In this document: positions 25,946-36,136 of the stretch, piece by piece
Numbering within the stretch: position 1 is the first letter of the stretch
Layout of the letters: each line of letters opens with the position of its first letter
Source of the DNA: a virus
Taxonomy: Duplodnaviria; Caudoviricetes
Length of the DNA stretch: 40,583 nt
Virus record (IMG/VR): IMGVR_UViG_3300031673_000176
Location: 1-40,583 of that record
Strand: one strand, 5' to 3'
The notes under the pieces: generated by a model
The model's input: the letters and a program-made list of their open reading frames with translations, nothing else
What the model was told of the DNA's origin: nothing
Database searches by the model: none
Program-made: the position numbers and the translations under genes

Positions 25946-26613
25946 TGCCGATGAAAGTGGAGTTTTCCAATACCTACAACGCGAAACGGAAACGGATCAG
26001 GAACATTCCGAAGATCATGGCGACCGTGGCAAGCTCGAGCGGAAAGCGAAAAGCCGCTCAGGTGATTCTCAATTTCCAGCAAGGGATAAAGACGAACAGG
26101 TTCGGGCTTCGGCCGCTGAAGCCGAGAACGATATCCAGAAAGATACATTTTCAGTTCACGAAGCCGAAGGTCCCGCTGTACGGCCTCGGAGACTTGGATC
26201 AGAACTCTCTGATCAATTCGCTCGGAGTCACGGTTTCAAAAATGGGATCGAAAAAGGTGTTTCTCATCGGAGCGAGAAAAGGTTTCCATCACTATCCTGT
26301 TACCATATCAAAAAGCGGTGAGAGACGATTCAACAAGAACGCGAAGAGGCTCCCTTTGAGAGTCTTGCTCAAAGTTCACGAACTCGGGAAAGTGATCAGA
26401 AACGGCAAAGCGATAATCGTGATCCCTCCAAGGCCGGCTATTCATATGGCCTATGAACGAACTCTCCGGCAGATGAGAGCGGATGTTCGAGAACAGTCGC
26501 CGGAAGTGAAGAAAGCGATTACTCAGTACATCATGAAGTCAAAGCAGGATAGGTTGAATAACCTACAGAAAATGAGCGCGGCGGAAAGGAAAGCAATTGA
26601 AAGAAGTGGTTGA
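25945..26613 (+). CDS. basic neck/tail-completion protein
   Basis: PLKPRTISRK, PLY..G..LINSL, HELG..IPPRP motifs typical of virion morphogenesis proteins; TGATG coupling. Confidence 0.65.
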   Translation: MPMKVEFSNTYNAKRKRIRNIPKIMATVASSSGKRKAAQVILNFQQGIKTNRFGLRPLKPRTISRKIHFQFTKPKVPLYGLGDLDQNSLINSLGVTVSKMGSKKVFLIGARKGFHHYPVTISKSGERRFNKNAKRLPLRVLLKVHELGKVIRNGKAIIVIPPRPAIHMAYERTLRQMRADVREQSPEVKKAITQYIMKSKQDRLNNLQKMSAAERKAIERSG

Positions 26614-27799
26614 CCTATTGGCTTATGCTGCCGGATGGTCGGCGTCCGGCGGAGCAAGCATTTTACCGGTAAACGAGATTCCGCAGTTCATTGCAGGTGG
26701 GCAGTCGTCAAGTCTGGTATTCGGCTTCGCTGCGGCGTCATTCGGCCAATACGTAGAGAAGGCACTTTCCCCATCGGTCGATCTCTCAGCGTACACAGAA
26801 TTGGTCATGTCGGTGTATCTCGTGCGGAAACACGGATACGTTTTCGAGCAGCAATCGGATTACGTGGTACAAGTCGACTTTGGAGATGGCAAAACATATC
26901 TGATTCCGACGAACGGGACATTCACGCATGTGACCATTCCGATCGCGTATTTCGGTACCGTTTCCGCTTCTCGAATACGGTTCACCTATCTCGGAGCTGA
27001 TCTAGACTATTTGTGTGTAAGCTATCTTGTCGCGTCGAATCCTGAAATGCCGGCGGATATCATCGCCGGAGTCGTCGAAGGGATCAAGTCGAAAGTCACA
27101 GAGCTTTACGGGTCGGGAGTTCTCATAGGAACTGCGACAGGATCAGTCTCGGGAACCGAGCTTACTTTCGGATCGGATACGAAGTGGCTCTCGAGGAATG
27201 CGGTGGTTCTGATCAGCGACGGAACAAGTTCGGAAACTCACCAGCTCATGGAGGTTCAGGGAGTCGTCGGAATACTCGGACAGATGTACGATGGCCCTGA
27301 ACTGAAAAACGCTTTCACAAATGCGAACGTCTATTTGCAGCTGCCAGTCGAAGAAAACAAGTTGCAGAGAGAGGCACCGATGCCCGGCATTGTCGTCTGG
27401 ACGGCTGAGCCCGATCCGATCATAATTGCATCTGACTTCGATGGAGTTCAACTCGGCTGGGGGCCTACCGGTCCGGCTCTTACGCTCGAAGGACGGATAG
27501 AGGAATGGAGAATCGGAATATATTGCCAGGCGTTTCAGCAAGGTCCTCTCGGAATGGCGACAACGGCGGTCAGGAGATGGTTGTCTCAACACATCGTGTG
27601 GGTGAATGGTGCGAAGATCGAATATATCTGGAAAGAGGCGGCCACATATGAAGAACCAAGCGATCCTTCAGATTTGCAGCCGTCTGTTCTGTACACGGTC
27701 GAGATACAGATAAGGGAGGAAGTATGGCCGATATCAACAGCGATCGCGGCGCAAGCTCCGACAGTAACCCCGTCGGTGGTAACCGGAAATCTGCCGTGA
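26597..27799 (+). CDS. tail terminator-like protein with added N-terminal domain
   Basis: Directly upstream of the sheath; C-terminal PGIVVW..WRIGIYC..YTVEIQIRE; beta-rich N-terminal domain. Confidence 0.5.
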   Translation: MKEVVDLLAYAAGWSASGGASILPVNEIPQFIAGGQSSSLVFGFAAASFGQYVEKALSPSVDLSAYTELVMSVYLVRKHGYVFEQQSDYVVQVDFGDGKTYLIPTNGTFTHVTIPIAYFGTVSASRIRFTYLGADLDYLCVSYLVASNPEMPADIIAGVVEGIKSKVTELYGSGVLIGTATGSVSGTELTFGSDTKWLSRNAVVLISDGTSSETHQLMEVQGVVGILGQMYDGPELKNAFTNANVYLQLPVEENKLQREAPMPGIVVWTAEPDPIIIASDFDGVQLGWGPTGPALTLEGRIEEWRIGIYCQAFQQGPLGMATTAVRRWLSQHIVWVNGAKIEYIWKEAATYEEPSDPSDLQPSVLYTVEIQIREEVWPISTAIAAQAPTVTPSVVTGNLP

Positions 27800-27978
27800 G
27801 CCCAGTTAAGCGTTACCGGGTCACGTGGCGAAGGAATCGAAAGCATGAGATGTACATCCGCGGGAAGCTATACGAGTTCGCACCGCACGGTACTCTCACG
27901 TTCGGAGAAAAAGAAATCAACTCGCCGGAGTTTCAACACCAGAAAGTTGATTTCGTGGTGGAGGTCGTAAATGGCTAA
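27796..27978 (+). CDS. small hypothetical protein before the sheath
   Basis: GTGA overlap with the upstream stop; 60 aa. Confidence 0.5.
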   Translation: MSPVKRYRVTWRRNRKHEMYIRGKLYEFAPHGTLTFGEKEINSPEFQHQKVDFVVEVVNG

Positions 27979-29824
27979 CTTATTTCAGCAATTGCTCGGA
28001 GTCAGAGGGTACGACCTTTCGACTCGTCGAGCGAACAGCGTAATCCCCGCGAACTTCGGGATCGGCGGAATAATGGCGCAGTTTCAGCGGAAGTACGCGA
28101 AGGCGTTCTACGTTGACTCTCCGACTCGATTCAGGCAGATATTCGGATCGTATTTCTCATCCTCAGCGTACGGACCAGACACGATCGACGATTTCTTCAA
28201 CAATCTGGCCGGCCAGCAGGGAGCATTGTACGTCGGCTCGTATGTCGGGAACAACTCCGGGGTGATAGACGCGATCGTTGCTCAAGCGAACGCGAAAGAC
28301 ACCGAAGGGATTCCGGCGGACGTACTGTTGATCGAAGCAGCCTATCAGGGAGAGCCTCAGTACGGCGTCGATGGCGGCAATACGGGATATACCATAACGG
28401 CTGGAAACAGATTCTCGACAACAGTCACGGCCGGCGGAATATCGCCTCAGACGGTCCTTGCGCTCGCGTCGGTCGCGGGAATTGAAGTCGGTGATATAGT
28501 CAAGGTGACTTGGACCGGAGGAACGCCGGGGTCAGGAGGATTCACAGTCCAGTCGATCGACTACACTCTTCGACAGATCACGCTGAACGCGAATCTCGGA
28601 ACCGGTAACTTTGTCAACATCGGAGACGTGGTCGTGGTCCCCGGGTTCCAGATTCATACGTGGCGCAAGCAGTCGAACGGAGTCGCGGTCGAGGTCGACA
28701 CAGATCGCGCTCAGCAGTGGTGCACGACAGTACCGGCCGTTTCGGATCACTACGTCGGTAATATTTTCGCTTCAAGCAACTACATTTCGGTTTCCGCTCT
28801 TGCGGTTACTCCTACCGACCCGTCGCAAGGACTTCCCGCTGCGGTGTCGTCGGTGGTTTATCTGAGCGGCGGAGCGGACGGAACTCAGCCGACCGGGACA
28901 GGACAGGCGGCCGCGTGGAACAACACGTTGCAGCTATTCAATAATCTACCGGTCAGATTCCTCGGAAACCCCGAGACATCCGATCAGCAGGCGCAGGCAG
29001 CCGGTGAGTCGTACTGTCTCGGCCGATGGGATACGCCGTTCTGGATCGGAACAATATCCCCGAATCAATCGATGGCTCAGCTCGTAGTAACCGGAAACGG
29101 ATTCCAGAGAAGCGGAAAGGTTCTCATGGTCAACTGGGGAACATGGGGATACAAAGTCGACCCGTATCAGCAGTCTCAGCTTGCTCCATACCGCGGGGTC
29201 CCGCCGGTCGGAGCTCAAATGGGATACTGGATTCGCATAATCCAGAAATACGGAATTCACTACGTTCCGTCGATACCTTCTGAGCCGATTATCGGATGGC
29301 AGGACATATACGGATTCCAGGCGCTGGACGATGGAGACAGGACAACACTCGCGAACGCTGGAATCAACGTCATTCAGAACATCGCCGGTCAGGGTATCGT
29401 CCCTCGGAACTCGGTTACGCCGTCGACTACTGTAGACTACGTTTTCCCGAATGCGGCTCTGATGGCGAGTTTCATAAAGGTCAGCGGTCAAGCGTCTCTG
29501 ATCTCGACCGAAAACCTGCCGCTTACGTATGCGAAGATTCAAGGCGATCGAAGCTCTCTGGATATGTTCATGCGTTCGTTGTGGGACTTCGGTTCGACCG
29601 GTAACGTTCCGACCGGAGAGACATTCGCGCAAACGATGCAGCAGGCCCCGGATGGGTCCATCATACCGTCAAAGTACGAAGATTCGGTGAGCGTCGAAGC
29701 GAACCTCGCGAACAATCCTCAGAGCCAGATCAACGTCGGAAACTCACAAATATGGGTGTACTTCATGAGGCCAGCTCCGAACGGTTCTATTCGAATCGGA
29801 GTGGGAATCCAGCTCGCGGGATAA
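27971..29824 (+). CDS. contractile tail sheath protein
   Basis: 617 aa; FRQIFG, FFNN, YLSGGADG, VPPVGAQMG, LANAGINVI, VYFMRPAP..IRI; GGAGG RBS. Confidence 0.9.
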   Translation: MANLFQQLLGVRGYDLSTRRANSVIPANFGIGGIMAQFQRKYAKAFYVDSPTRFRQIFGSYFSSSAYGPDTIDDFFNNLAGQQGALYVGSYVGNNSGVIDAIVAQANAKDTEGIPADVLLIEAAYQGEPQYGVDGGNTGYTITAGNRFSTTVTAGGISPQTVLALASVAGIEVGDIVKVTWTGGTPGSGGFTVQSIDYTLRQITLNANLGTGNFVNIGDVVVVPGFQIHTWRKQSNGVAVEVDTDRAQQWCTTVPAVSDHYVGNIFASSNYISVSALAVTPTDPSQGLPAAVSSVVYLSGGADGTQPTGTGQAAAWNNTLQLFNNLPVRFLGNPETSDQQAQAAGESYCLGRWDTPFWIGTISPNQSMAQLVVTGNGFQRSGKVLMVNWGTWGYKVDPYQQSQLAPYRGVPPVGAQMGYWIRIIQKYGIHYVPSIPSEPIIGWQDIYGFQALDDGDRTTLANAGINVIQNIAGQGIVPRNSVTPSTTVDYVFPNAALMASFIKVSGQASLISTENLPLTYAKIQGDRSSLDMFMRSLWDFGSTGNVPTGETFAQTMQQAPDGSIIPSKYEDSVSVEANLANNPQSQINVGNSQIWVYFMRPAPNGSIRIGVGIQLAG

Positions 29825-29850
29825 TCGCCTGAGGCGATGGAGGAAAGTAG

Positions 29851-30273
29851 ATGCAGAAAAATGCAATGGCCGAAAAGAGAATAGTGCTTGTCGACGGAAT
29901 GGAAATGCCGGGCCTGACGAAAGTCGGTCCGATCCCGCTCGAGCAGGCTACTATCGAGGTTCCGGGATTCCAGAAGATCAGGGTCATAGTCAATGGTGTC
30001 ACGAAGATTCCGCCGGTGGACATGACGTTTCGCGCGGACAGAAGCACGAAAACCAGAGATTTCCTGATTTCGTGGTTCGACAACCAAGAAACCCATGATG
30101 TGGTCATAATCGAGACCGACAATTCGGGACAGGAGTTCGGCCGTATTCTGGCGCCTCAGGTTCAGCTGTCGAAGATAGACGCCGGCGAGTACACCGCGGA
30201 GAACCCGACATTCGCGCACGTCGACATCATCATGGCACCGTATGATCTTCTCTACGTGAAGGCTCAGCAATGA
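29851..30273 (+). CDS. tail tube protein
   Basis: 140 aa after the sheath, FLISWFD, beta-rich; GGAGGA RBS. Confidence 0.8.
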   Translation: MQKNAMAEKRIVLVDGMEMPGLTKVGPIPLEQATIEVPGFQKIRVIVNGVTKIPPVDMTFRADRSTKTRDFLISWFDNQETHDVVIIETDNSGQEFGRILAPQVQLSKIDAGEYTAENPTFAHVDIIMAPYDLLYVKAQQ

Positions 30274-31085
30274 AGCTACCGATACCAGTAGAGTTCCGCG
30301 GAAAGATTTACACGGAGATGGACTTGAAAGAGCCATCTCCGAACGTGCTCGCGGACACCGAATCAGCCTTGAAGAAAGGCCAGCACCGGGCGGTTGCCAC
30401 TATGGTCGGCGGCGTTCTCTCTGCGCTCAGATCGACGTCGGGAGACATCGTCGACCGGAAAGAGCTCGAGCAGGCTGCTCGGAAGTTCCCTCTGAGAAGC
30501 GCCGAGGTAGCAGTCATTTATTCGCTACTCGAGCGCGATGAGGACGACGGAATCGAAGGCGTATATACGTGCCCCAGATGCGGAGAAAAGATCGTTTGCG
30601 AGTACGTCGATGAGTACGACGATACTCGTGACCACATACGAAGCCTAAAGGTTGTCAATTGTGACAGCAACGGGGATCAGATCGCTCCGCTCATTTTCTT
30701 CGAACTCAGTTCTCCGGTCGACATAGTCACGACCGACCGGGAAACACTTCGCGTATCTGACATAGGAATGCGTCATCCGACCGTCGCCGATGCGATGACG
30801 GTGGAAGCGCAGATCGGGGCGGACGTGAATATCAAGTTTCAAATGGCTCTCATGGCGGAATCCTTGGAGAGAATCAACGGAGAAGAGGTGAATCGATCTT
30901 TCGCTTCTTCGTATGGAATGATGGTAATGAACAAGATCAGCCGAACCGACTTGATCGCCATTTCAAAAATGACAACCGCGTTCGGTATAGATCAGACAGT
31001 TCAGAAAAAGTGCCACGAATGCGGAAAAGTGTGGGAAGAGGTGGTGAACACTTCCAATTTTTTCGTTTCCGCTCTCGATTCGTAA
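30270..31085 (+). CDS. tail assembly chaperone / baseplate hub assembly protein
   Basis: YTCPRCG and KKCHECG; MRHPTVAD; ends NFFV over a T TTT TTC slippery site; between tube and tape measure. Confidence 0.7.
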   Translation: MKLPIPVEFRGKIYTEMDLKEPSPNVLADTESALKKGQHRAVATMVGGVLSALRSTSGDIVDRKELEQAARKFPLRSAEVAVIYSLLERDEDDGIEGVYTCPRCGEKIVCEYVDEYDDTRDHIRSLKVVNCDSNGDQIAPLIFFELSSPVDIVTTDRETLRVSDIGMRHPTVADAMTVEAQIGADVNIKFQMALMAESLERINGEEVNRSFASSYGMMVMNKISRTDLIAISKMTTAFGIDQTVQKKCHECGKVWEEVVNTSNFFVSALDS

Positions 31086-31288
31086 CTGAAAAGACGGCTC
31101 GAGAGCACTGGCTATGGCAGAGCATCCGGTATATGGACTTTGACCGAAGCAGTTTTTTGACAGAGTCGATATGGGCTGCGAAAGAAACGTTCGGGGCGAT
31201 CAGGATGGACCAGCTCGGCGAAATGGGTTTCTCGGTCTATCAGTCGACTCTGGAAACGATAAAGAGGTTTCATGATGCCGACAAGTGA
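31058..31288 (+). CDS. -1 frameshift extension of the tail chaperone (gpGT-like)
   Basis: Heptamer T TTT TTC (31058-31064) in the 30270 frame; -1 frame (ORF 31010..31288) is open to the tape measure start. Confidence 0.65.
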   Translation, partial: FFRFRSRFVTEKTAREHWLWQSIRYMDFDRSSFLTESIWAAKETFGAIRMDQLGEMGFSVYQSTLETIKRFHDADK

Positions 31289-32579
31289 AGATGTCGCGAT
31301 CACATTCGATCCGCAGCCGTTCAATAAAGGATTTTCGCAAGTAGAACGACGGTTCAGCGGATTGACCAAGATCGGCCAGAATACGGCGAAAATGGTTAGT
31401 GCCGCTATGATTAAAACGGCGCTCGTGATCGGTTTCGTCGGAGTCGCGGTCAAAGGCCTCGTTTCGAACGTCAAAAGATACATGCCGGAGGTCGGGGCCA
31501 CGTTCAAGGCGGCCTCCGATATTTTCTGGAACAACTTTCTATTCCCGCTAAGACAGCAGCTTCTTCCGATTTTGCAAAAGTTCATGAACTGGACTCGAGA
31601 CCATCGAGCCCTTTTTGTCCAGTGGGGTCAAGCGCTCGTGACCGTGTTTCACGTACTGTGGCAGCTGGCGACCACGGCGGTGAACATAATCAAACAGCTC
31701 GCGATAACGATCTTCCCGAACTTCTCCGCGCAGATGAAAAACGGATTTTTGAACGTCGTGAATATGTTTCTCTTCAAGCTGTCGTTTCTCGCGGAAGCGG
31801 TAGGACTCGCCATTCAATCCGTGCTCTCGAAGAGCGGCCCAGCCCTTGCGGATTTGGTGAAATCGCTCGGAAGTCTCGCCGCGACTATCCTGAAGCTCGG
31901 AGCGGATGCTATCACGGGTCTTTTTACAGGACTCATGAAGCAGGCACCATTCATAGTGGAGGCAGTCGACAAGCTCGTGAAAGCTCTTGATTCTCTATTC
32001 GCGGTCGCCGGCGGAGGAAGTTCCCTGAAAGACCTGTTCACCTGGCTCGGAAACCTCGTCGGAACGGTTCTCGTAAAAGCGGTCAACTTCTTGACAGCGG
32101 TCATCCAAGAGCTTCAGATCGTGATGGACACAATCAAGGGCAAGCCGATATCTCAGGCGGAGAAGAACGCTCCGGGTAACTCGATCGGAGGCGTCGCCGG
32201 GTCAATATGGAATATGACGACGTGGCTCCCGCGGGAGCTCATCGGGCTCGGCGCGAAGCTCGTGCACGCGTTTCAGGGAGCAAGCAAAGCTGTCCCGAAC
32301 CCGAACAATAGCTTCAACGCGGCGCACGCTCATGATTTCGTTCTCACGAAGCAGGGACAGCTGATTCACACCGATCCGCAGGACTATATCTTCGGGGTGA
32401 AGAATCCCGGCCAGTCAGGAGAGAAAGCGCAAAAGCAGGTGAATGTTCAGCATACGGTTCATATGAATCTTACTGTCACGGAGGGGAACGCGAAGGCGGC
32501 CGGTATTCACTTCGGAGACGGATTCGCTTACGGGTTCAAAACGCAAATCCTGAATGAGATGGTGAGGGCTGGATATTGA
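31272..32579 (+). CDS. tape measure protein (short, 435 aa)
   Basis: Long amphipathic/hydrophobic helical ORF after the chaperones; C-terminal AHDFVLT..IHTDPQD.IFG. Confidence 0.75.
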   Translation: MMPTSEDVAITFDPQPFNKGFSQVERRFSGLTKIGQNTAKMVSAAMIKTALVIGFVGVAVKGLVSNVKRYMPEVGATFKAASDIFWNNFLFPLRQQLLPILQKFMNWTRDHRALFVQWGQALVTVFHVLWQLATTAVNIIKQLAITIFPNFSAQMKNGFLNVVNMFLFKLSFLAEAVGLAIQSVLSKSGPALADLVKSLGSLAATILKLGADAITGLFTGLMKQAPFIVEAVDKLVKALDSLFAVAGGGSSLKDLFTWLGNLVGTVLVKAVNFLTAVIQELQIVMDTIKGKPISQAEKNAPGNSIGGVAGSIWNMTTWLPRELIGLGAKLVHAFQGASKAVPNPNNSFNAAHAHDFVLTKQGQLIHTDPQDYIFGVKNPGQSGEKAQKQVNVQHTVHMNLTVTEGNAKAAGIHFGDGFAYGFKTQILNEMVRAGY

Positions 32580-33166
32580 ACTACTCATTGCCGAGATTCC
32601 CGGGGAATATTCCATGGTGGATGTTCGATTTGACGAACAAGCAGCTCATAACCGGGCCGATCATTCCGGAGAAGATCAGCGACGCGAAAGACATCGTCCT
32701 TGCGGAAATCCAGATACCGGGATTGAACTTCGCTCCCGTTTTCTTCGGATCAAACCGGAACAGAAAGGTCAGTTTTACGCTGAAGATGCTCAAGCGAAAC
32801 AACACGGTCGGCAACCTACTCATGCTGTCGCAGATGGACAATCTGAGAAACGGAGCTGCCGGTCCGTTTTCTCTAGCTACTGCCGGCCAGTTCACGAGGA
32901 ATCCGAAAGTCTTGTATTCGTGGGGCATAGGGAGCGTTCCGCTCGAGTTTTTCGTATCGCGCATATCATTCGAGCACGATGGTCTGTTCGTAAACGCGCT
33001 CGGGTTCCCTCAACTGACTGAAGTCACTGTCGAACTTACTCTCGATGAAACGAGTCCCGTCTACCGGATGGAAGAATCGTTCCGGAGGGTGAACGCGATC
33101 GCCGGTGGAGTCCTCGGTCTCGCCGACGTCATTCAATCGCAGATAACCGATAGGACGGTGTACTGA
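32576..33166 (+). CDS. tail tube initiator / CIS tube-like baseplate protein
   Basis: IPEKISD, IPGL..PV.FG, RKVSFTL, PKVLYSWG, VTVELTLDE. Confidence 0.7.
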   Translation: MNYSLPRFPGNIPWWMFDLTNKQLITGPIIPEKISDAKDIVLAEIQIPGLNFAPVFFGSNRNRKVSFTLKMLKRNNTVGNLLMLSQMDNLRNGAAGPFSLATAGQFTRNPKVLYSWGIGSVPLEFFVSRISFEHDGLFVNALGFPQLTEVTVELTLDETSPVYRMEESFRRVNAIAGGVLGLADVIQSQITDRTVY

Positions 33167-33167
33167 T

Positions 33168-33458
33168 ATGTGGGACGCACAGACCCCGACCGGAGTGTTT
33201 GTTGACTGGAACGGAACATCTTGGACGGTAAAAGACATTCGGGAAATACCGACGGACTACGCTCTCGCGAAGACTGTGCAGATAAATGGATCCTCGACGT
33301 TCCTCGATGAGATTGCTTCTCGAAACGACGTATACGGGGAAGGCCACGAAGATCAGGGATACCAGATTTTCGATTTCAATGTCGAGGCTATCGCCGATAA
33401 ATCGTTTGATTTCAGAAACATGAAAAGGCTGTTCATTCCACAGGAGCGTTCGTCATGA
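33168..33458 (+). CDS. LysM-like/gpX-type baseplate protein
   Basis: LDEIA..VYGEG...IFDFN...LFIP. Confidence 0.6.
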   Translation: MWDAQTPTGVFVDWNGTSWTVKDIREIPTDYALAKTVQINGSSTFLDEIASRNDVYGEGHEDQGYQIFDFNVEAIADKSFDFRNMKRLFIPQERSS

Positions 33459-34762
33459 GCGCGACCATCGGAATGTACAATCAGGACGAGAGCTTTTTTA
33501 CGCTATCGAGTCCTGATTTGTCGATCGACAAAGACGTTCAAGCGAATGATGTGCGTCAACTTTCGGTCGTCGAAACCATGAACCGGATGGACACCGGGAC
33601 GCTCGAGCTTAATGATCCGACTGGCATGTATGGGCGGCTATTTCGATTCGGACTGAGGCTTGACATCACGTGGGGATACAAGGCGTGGAATCAACGACTT
33701 CAGAGCAGATTTGATAATCCGACTTCATTCGATTTGTTCACTCAAGGTATCAGCCGGACCGGGCTGAGGCTATTTTGCTCGACTCCATCCGGAGAGGCTA
33801 CTGACGGCGGCGAACAGATATTTCGCGTGAACCTCGTCGCGATGGATGTCCGGGGAGCGCAGCAGCAACGAACATTTTCATCGGGAACTCGAGGAAGCAT
33901 TGTCACTCAGGTGATGGCTGAAATCGGAGTATCCGCACCGATTGTGAAGTTCGGAACGATGAACACGGCTATCGATGACTCCACGGCCGTCAACCAGTGG
34001 GAAAGTGATTTCTCGTTTCTCGCGCGTCTGGCTTACGAATGGGGCGCTTTCTTCCGGATATCGCGGGACGCAAGCGGTACGCTCGTCGGGATATTTGTCG
34101 ATCCGGGAGCCATCCAGCAAAGCTCTTATCTGAAATCGATCAACGGAAACGGCCCGGATATTTACAAGCTCGAATGGGGCGCCGGAGAGAGAAACGTGAT
34201 CGCGTATACGTGGCAATCGCATATGGGAGAATCGGGAGCCGGCGACGGATCGACATTCGCGTTCGTCAATGGCCAAGTTGTCATGTACCGGTATGTCGTA
34301 AAGAATGAGCAAGTGACCGCGTGGCGGCTGAACACGAACAGAATAAGACAGTTTCTTATCGATCAAGGAAAGTCCGGCGGTCCGTCGGCGATCGCGTCGG
34401 CCGCGAAAGATGCGCTGAACACGAAAGATTTCTCGAGCGTGGTCGGGATATCGAATGGCCAGAAAAGGACCGTGAGATACTTTTTTGACCAGGTGACGGG
34501 AAATACGGCTCCGCAAGGGTACGGAATGACGATCAATGCGAGAATGCCGGGAACTCCGATGATCATTCCGTCGATGCCTATAGCGTTCGGTCAGGGTTTT
34601 CCCGATCGGCTCGGTCGAGATTTGCCGTATAACCCATACGGAAACGACATAAACTTTCTCGTGAGGCAACATACGCACACAATCAGTTCTCAAGGGTATC
34701 TCAGTCAACTCGAGGTCATAGACTCTTTTACCGCTTTCACAGAGAATCAATCGAGGCAGTAA
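33455..34762 (+). CDS. baseplate hub protein (P2 gpD / Mu gp44-like)
   Basis: LELNDP, ITWGY, QWESDFSFLARLA..G, GTP.I, HTISSQGYLSQL. Confidence 0.82.
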   Translation: MSATIGMYNQDESFFTLSSPDLSIDKDVQANDVRQLSVVETMNRMDTGTLELNDPTGMYGRLFRFGLRLDITWGYKAWNQRLQSRFDNPTSFDLFTQGISRTGLRLFCSTPSGEATDGGEQIFRVNLVAMDVRGAQQQRTFSSGTRGSIVTQVMAEIGVSAPIVKFGTMNTAIDDSTAVNQWESDFSFLARLAYEWGAFFRISRDASGTLVGIFVDPGAIQQSSYLKSINGNGPDIYKLEWGAGERNVIAYTWQSHMGESGAGDGSTFAFVNGQVVMYRYVVKNEQVTAWRLNTNRIRQFLIDQGKSGGPSAIASAAKDALNTKDFSSVVGISNGQKRTVRYFFDQVTGNTAPQGYGMTINARMPGTPMIIPSMPIAFGQGFPDRLGRDLPYNPYGNDINFLVRQHTHTISSQGYLSQLEVIDSFTAFTENQSRQ

Positions 34763-35277
34763 TGAGAGACTTTGAAGTTCAGGACGTTCTGAGGCGCGAA
34801 ATAAGAAAAGAGCTCATATGGTATCGGGACTACTGGGGCATAGTGAGAAGTACCGATGACCGTCTGACCATAGGCAGGATTCTCGTCGAAGTTCCGGACC
34901 TTCAGCTTAAGTTCTGGTGTTCTCCGAGATACGCCGGTGGAGTGAGCGTCCCTAAAAACGGAGCCGTGGTTCAGATCGGTTTCGTCGAGGGAAATCCGAA
35001 GAGGCCATTCTATTACGGCAGAGTACCAGAGCAAGGTGAAACGCTGAAAAACTACTCCGGTCCGCTTTCCCGGGTGGTTGTCGAAGACCCGAATACGGGA
35101 GCAGGAATGGTGTTCGACGGAACTACTCAGCAGCTTCAGACTTCAGACGGAGCAGGGCAGACACTCGAGTCGGACATTGTTACGGACCCGGTGTTCTGGA
35201 CGGCGTTGACTACGGTATGCGGTATCTTTGGGTTGACTGTGACCAAGCAGAAAGCAGTATGGGGAAAGGGAGTCTGA
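34762..35277 (+). CDS. baseplate spike protein (gpV/gp5 OB-fold), short
   Basis: GIVRSTDD..GRILVEVP, VPKNGAVVQIGFVEGNPKRPFYYG. Confidence 0.8.
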   Translation: MRDFEVQDVLRREIRKELIWYRDYWGIVRSTDDRLTIGRILVEVPDLQLKFWCSPRYAGGVSVPKNGAVVQIGFVEGNPKRPFYYGRVPEQGETLKNYSGPLSRVVVEDPNTGAGMVFDGTTQQLQTSDGAGQTLESDIVTDPVFWTALTTVCGIFGLTVTKQKAVWGKGV

Positions 35278-35278
35278 T

Positions 35279-36136
35279 TTGGCAACAGATGTTGTACAGG
35301 CGGTAATAACTGCTCTCAATGCAGCCTTCAATGCAGCTGGTGCTGGAGGAGGAGCTGGTCCTTTTTCGGGACTTCCGGCAAATCCAGTACCAACCTCTGA
35401 CGCACAAGGTATGATGTCGGCTTTCCTTGATACACTGTTATCACGGAAGGCAGGCAAAGCTCTTTCGATCAGTTCCGACTACACGATAACGGATTCTGAC
35501 GGAGTAGTCGAACTTCTGGTTACAACAGGAACCGGAACTATCAACATCACTCTTCCAGCAAGTGCGACGAATCAGGCAAGAGACATAAAGATCACGAAGG
35601 CCGACACTGGAGCAGGAGGTATCAACATCGTTCCGGCAGGTTCGGATGCGATAATGCGTGGAGCGTCGACTCTGGCATTCGGAAGTCCAACTTATCCACA
35701 GGCGCAGGACGCTTCAATATCGTTTTCGTGTCGAGGTTCGAACTGGGCAGAGCATAACGGTCCTATCATCGGCACCAACTCCAACGGTACCTACATCAAG
35801 TGGGGCAACGGGTTGATGGTTCAGCACGGATGGACATATGGAAGCACTTCGGCTACGACGCAAGCATTCGACATTACAGTTACGCTACCATCGACTATGA
35901 ATGGGACTGAATTTGACATTTTCTCATCATTTTTGGGGTATAAAAGTATATCTTCGGGGGTTCCTGCATCGAGAGTAGATATTAGCGGGAGTATTGGTGC
36001 CGAACACACTGCAGGCGCACGTCCTTTAACATCGTCAACGGCTTCTCTTCGGGTTTCTAGTGCTGGATCGGGGTCGAATATAAATACAACACTTTATTAT
36101 ATGATATCTTGGGCAAGTATAGGAATGTGGAAATGA
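35279..36136 (+). CDS. tail fibre/receptor-binding-like protein
   Basis: ITLPASA..IKITKADTGAG.INIVPAGSD module; NSNGTYIKWGNGLMVQHG...SWASIGMWK fibre-tip-like C-terminus; GGAG before TTG. Confidence 0.7.
   Translation: MATDVVQAVITALNAAFNAAGAGGGAGPFSGLPANPVPTSDAQGMMSAFLDTLLSRKAGKALSISSDYTITDSDGVVELLVTTGTGTINITLPASATNQARDIKITKADTGAGGINIVPAGSDAIMRGASTLAFGSPTYPQAQDASISFSCRGSNWAEHNGPIIGTNSNGTYIKWGNGLMVQHGWTYGSTSATTQAFDITVTLPSTMNGTEFDIFSSFLGYKSISSGVPASRVDISGSIGAEHTAGARPLTSSTASLRVSSAGSGSNINTTLYYMISWASIGMWK

Noticed and set aside
29824-29838. ATCGCC-TGA-GGCGAT hairpin between sheath and tube as a terminator
   Set aside because: Only a 6-bp stem with no U-tract; at most a minor mRNA-stability or translation element
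35262-35268. Lambda-type slippery heptamer G GGA AAG in frame at the end of the spike gene, suggesting a spike-fibre fusion
   Set aside because: The -1 frame hits TAA after about 12 codons and the fibre gene is in the +1 frame; the sequence is better explained as part of the RBS for TTG 35279
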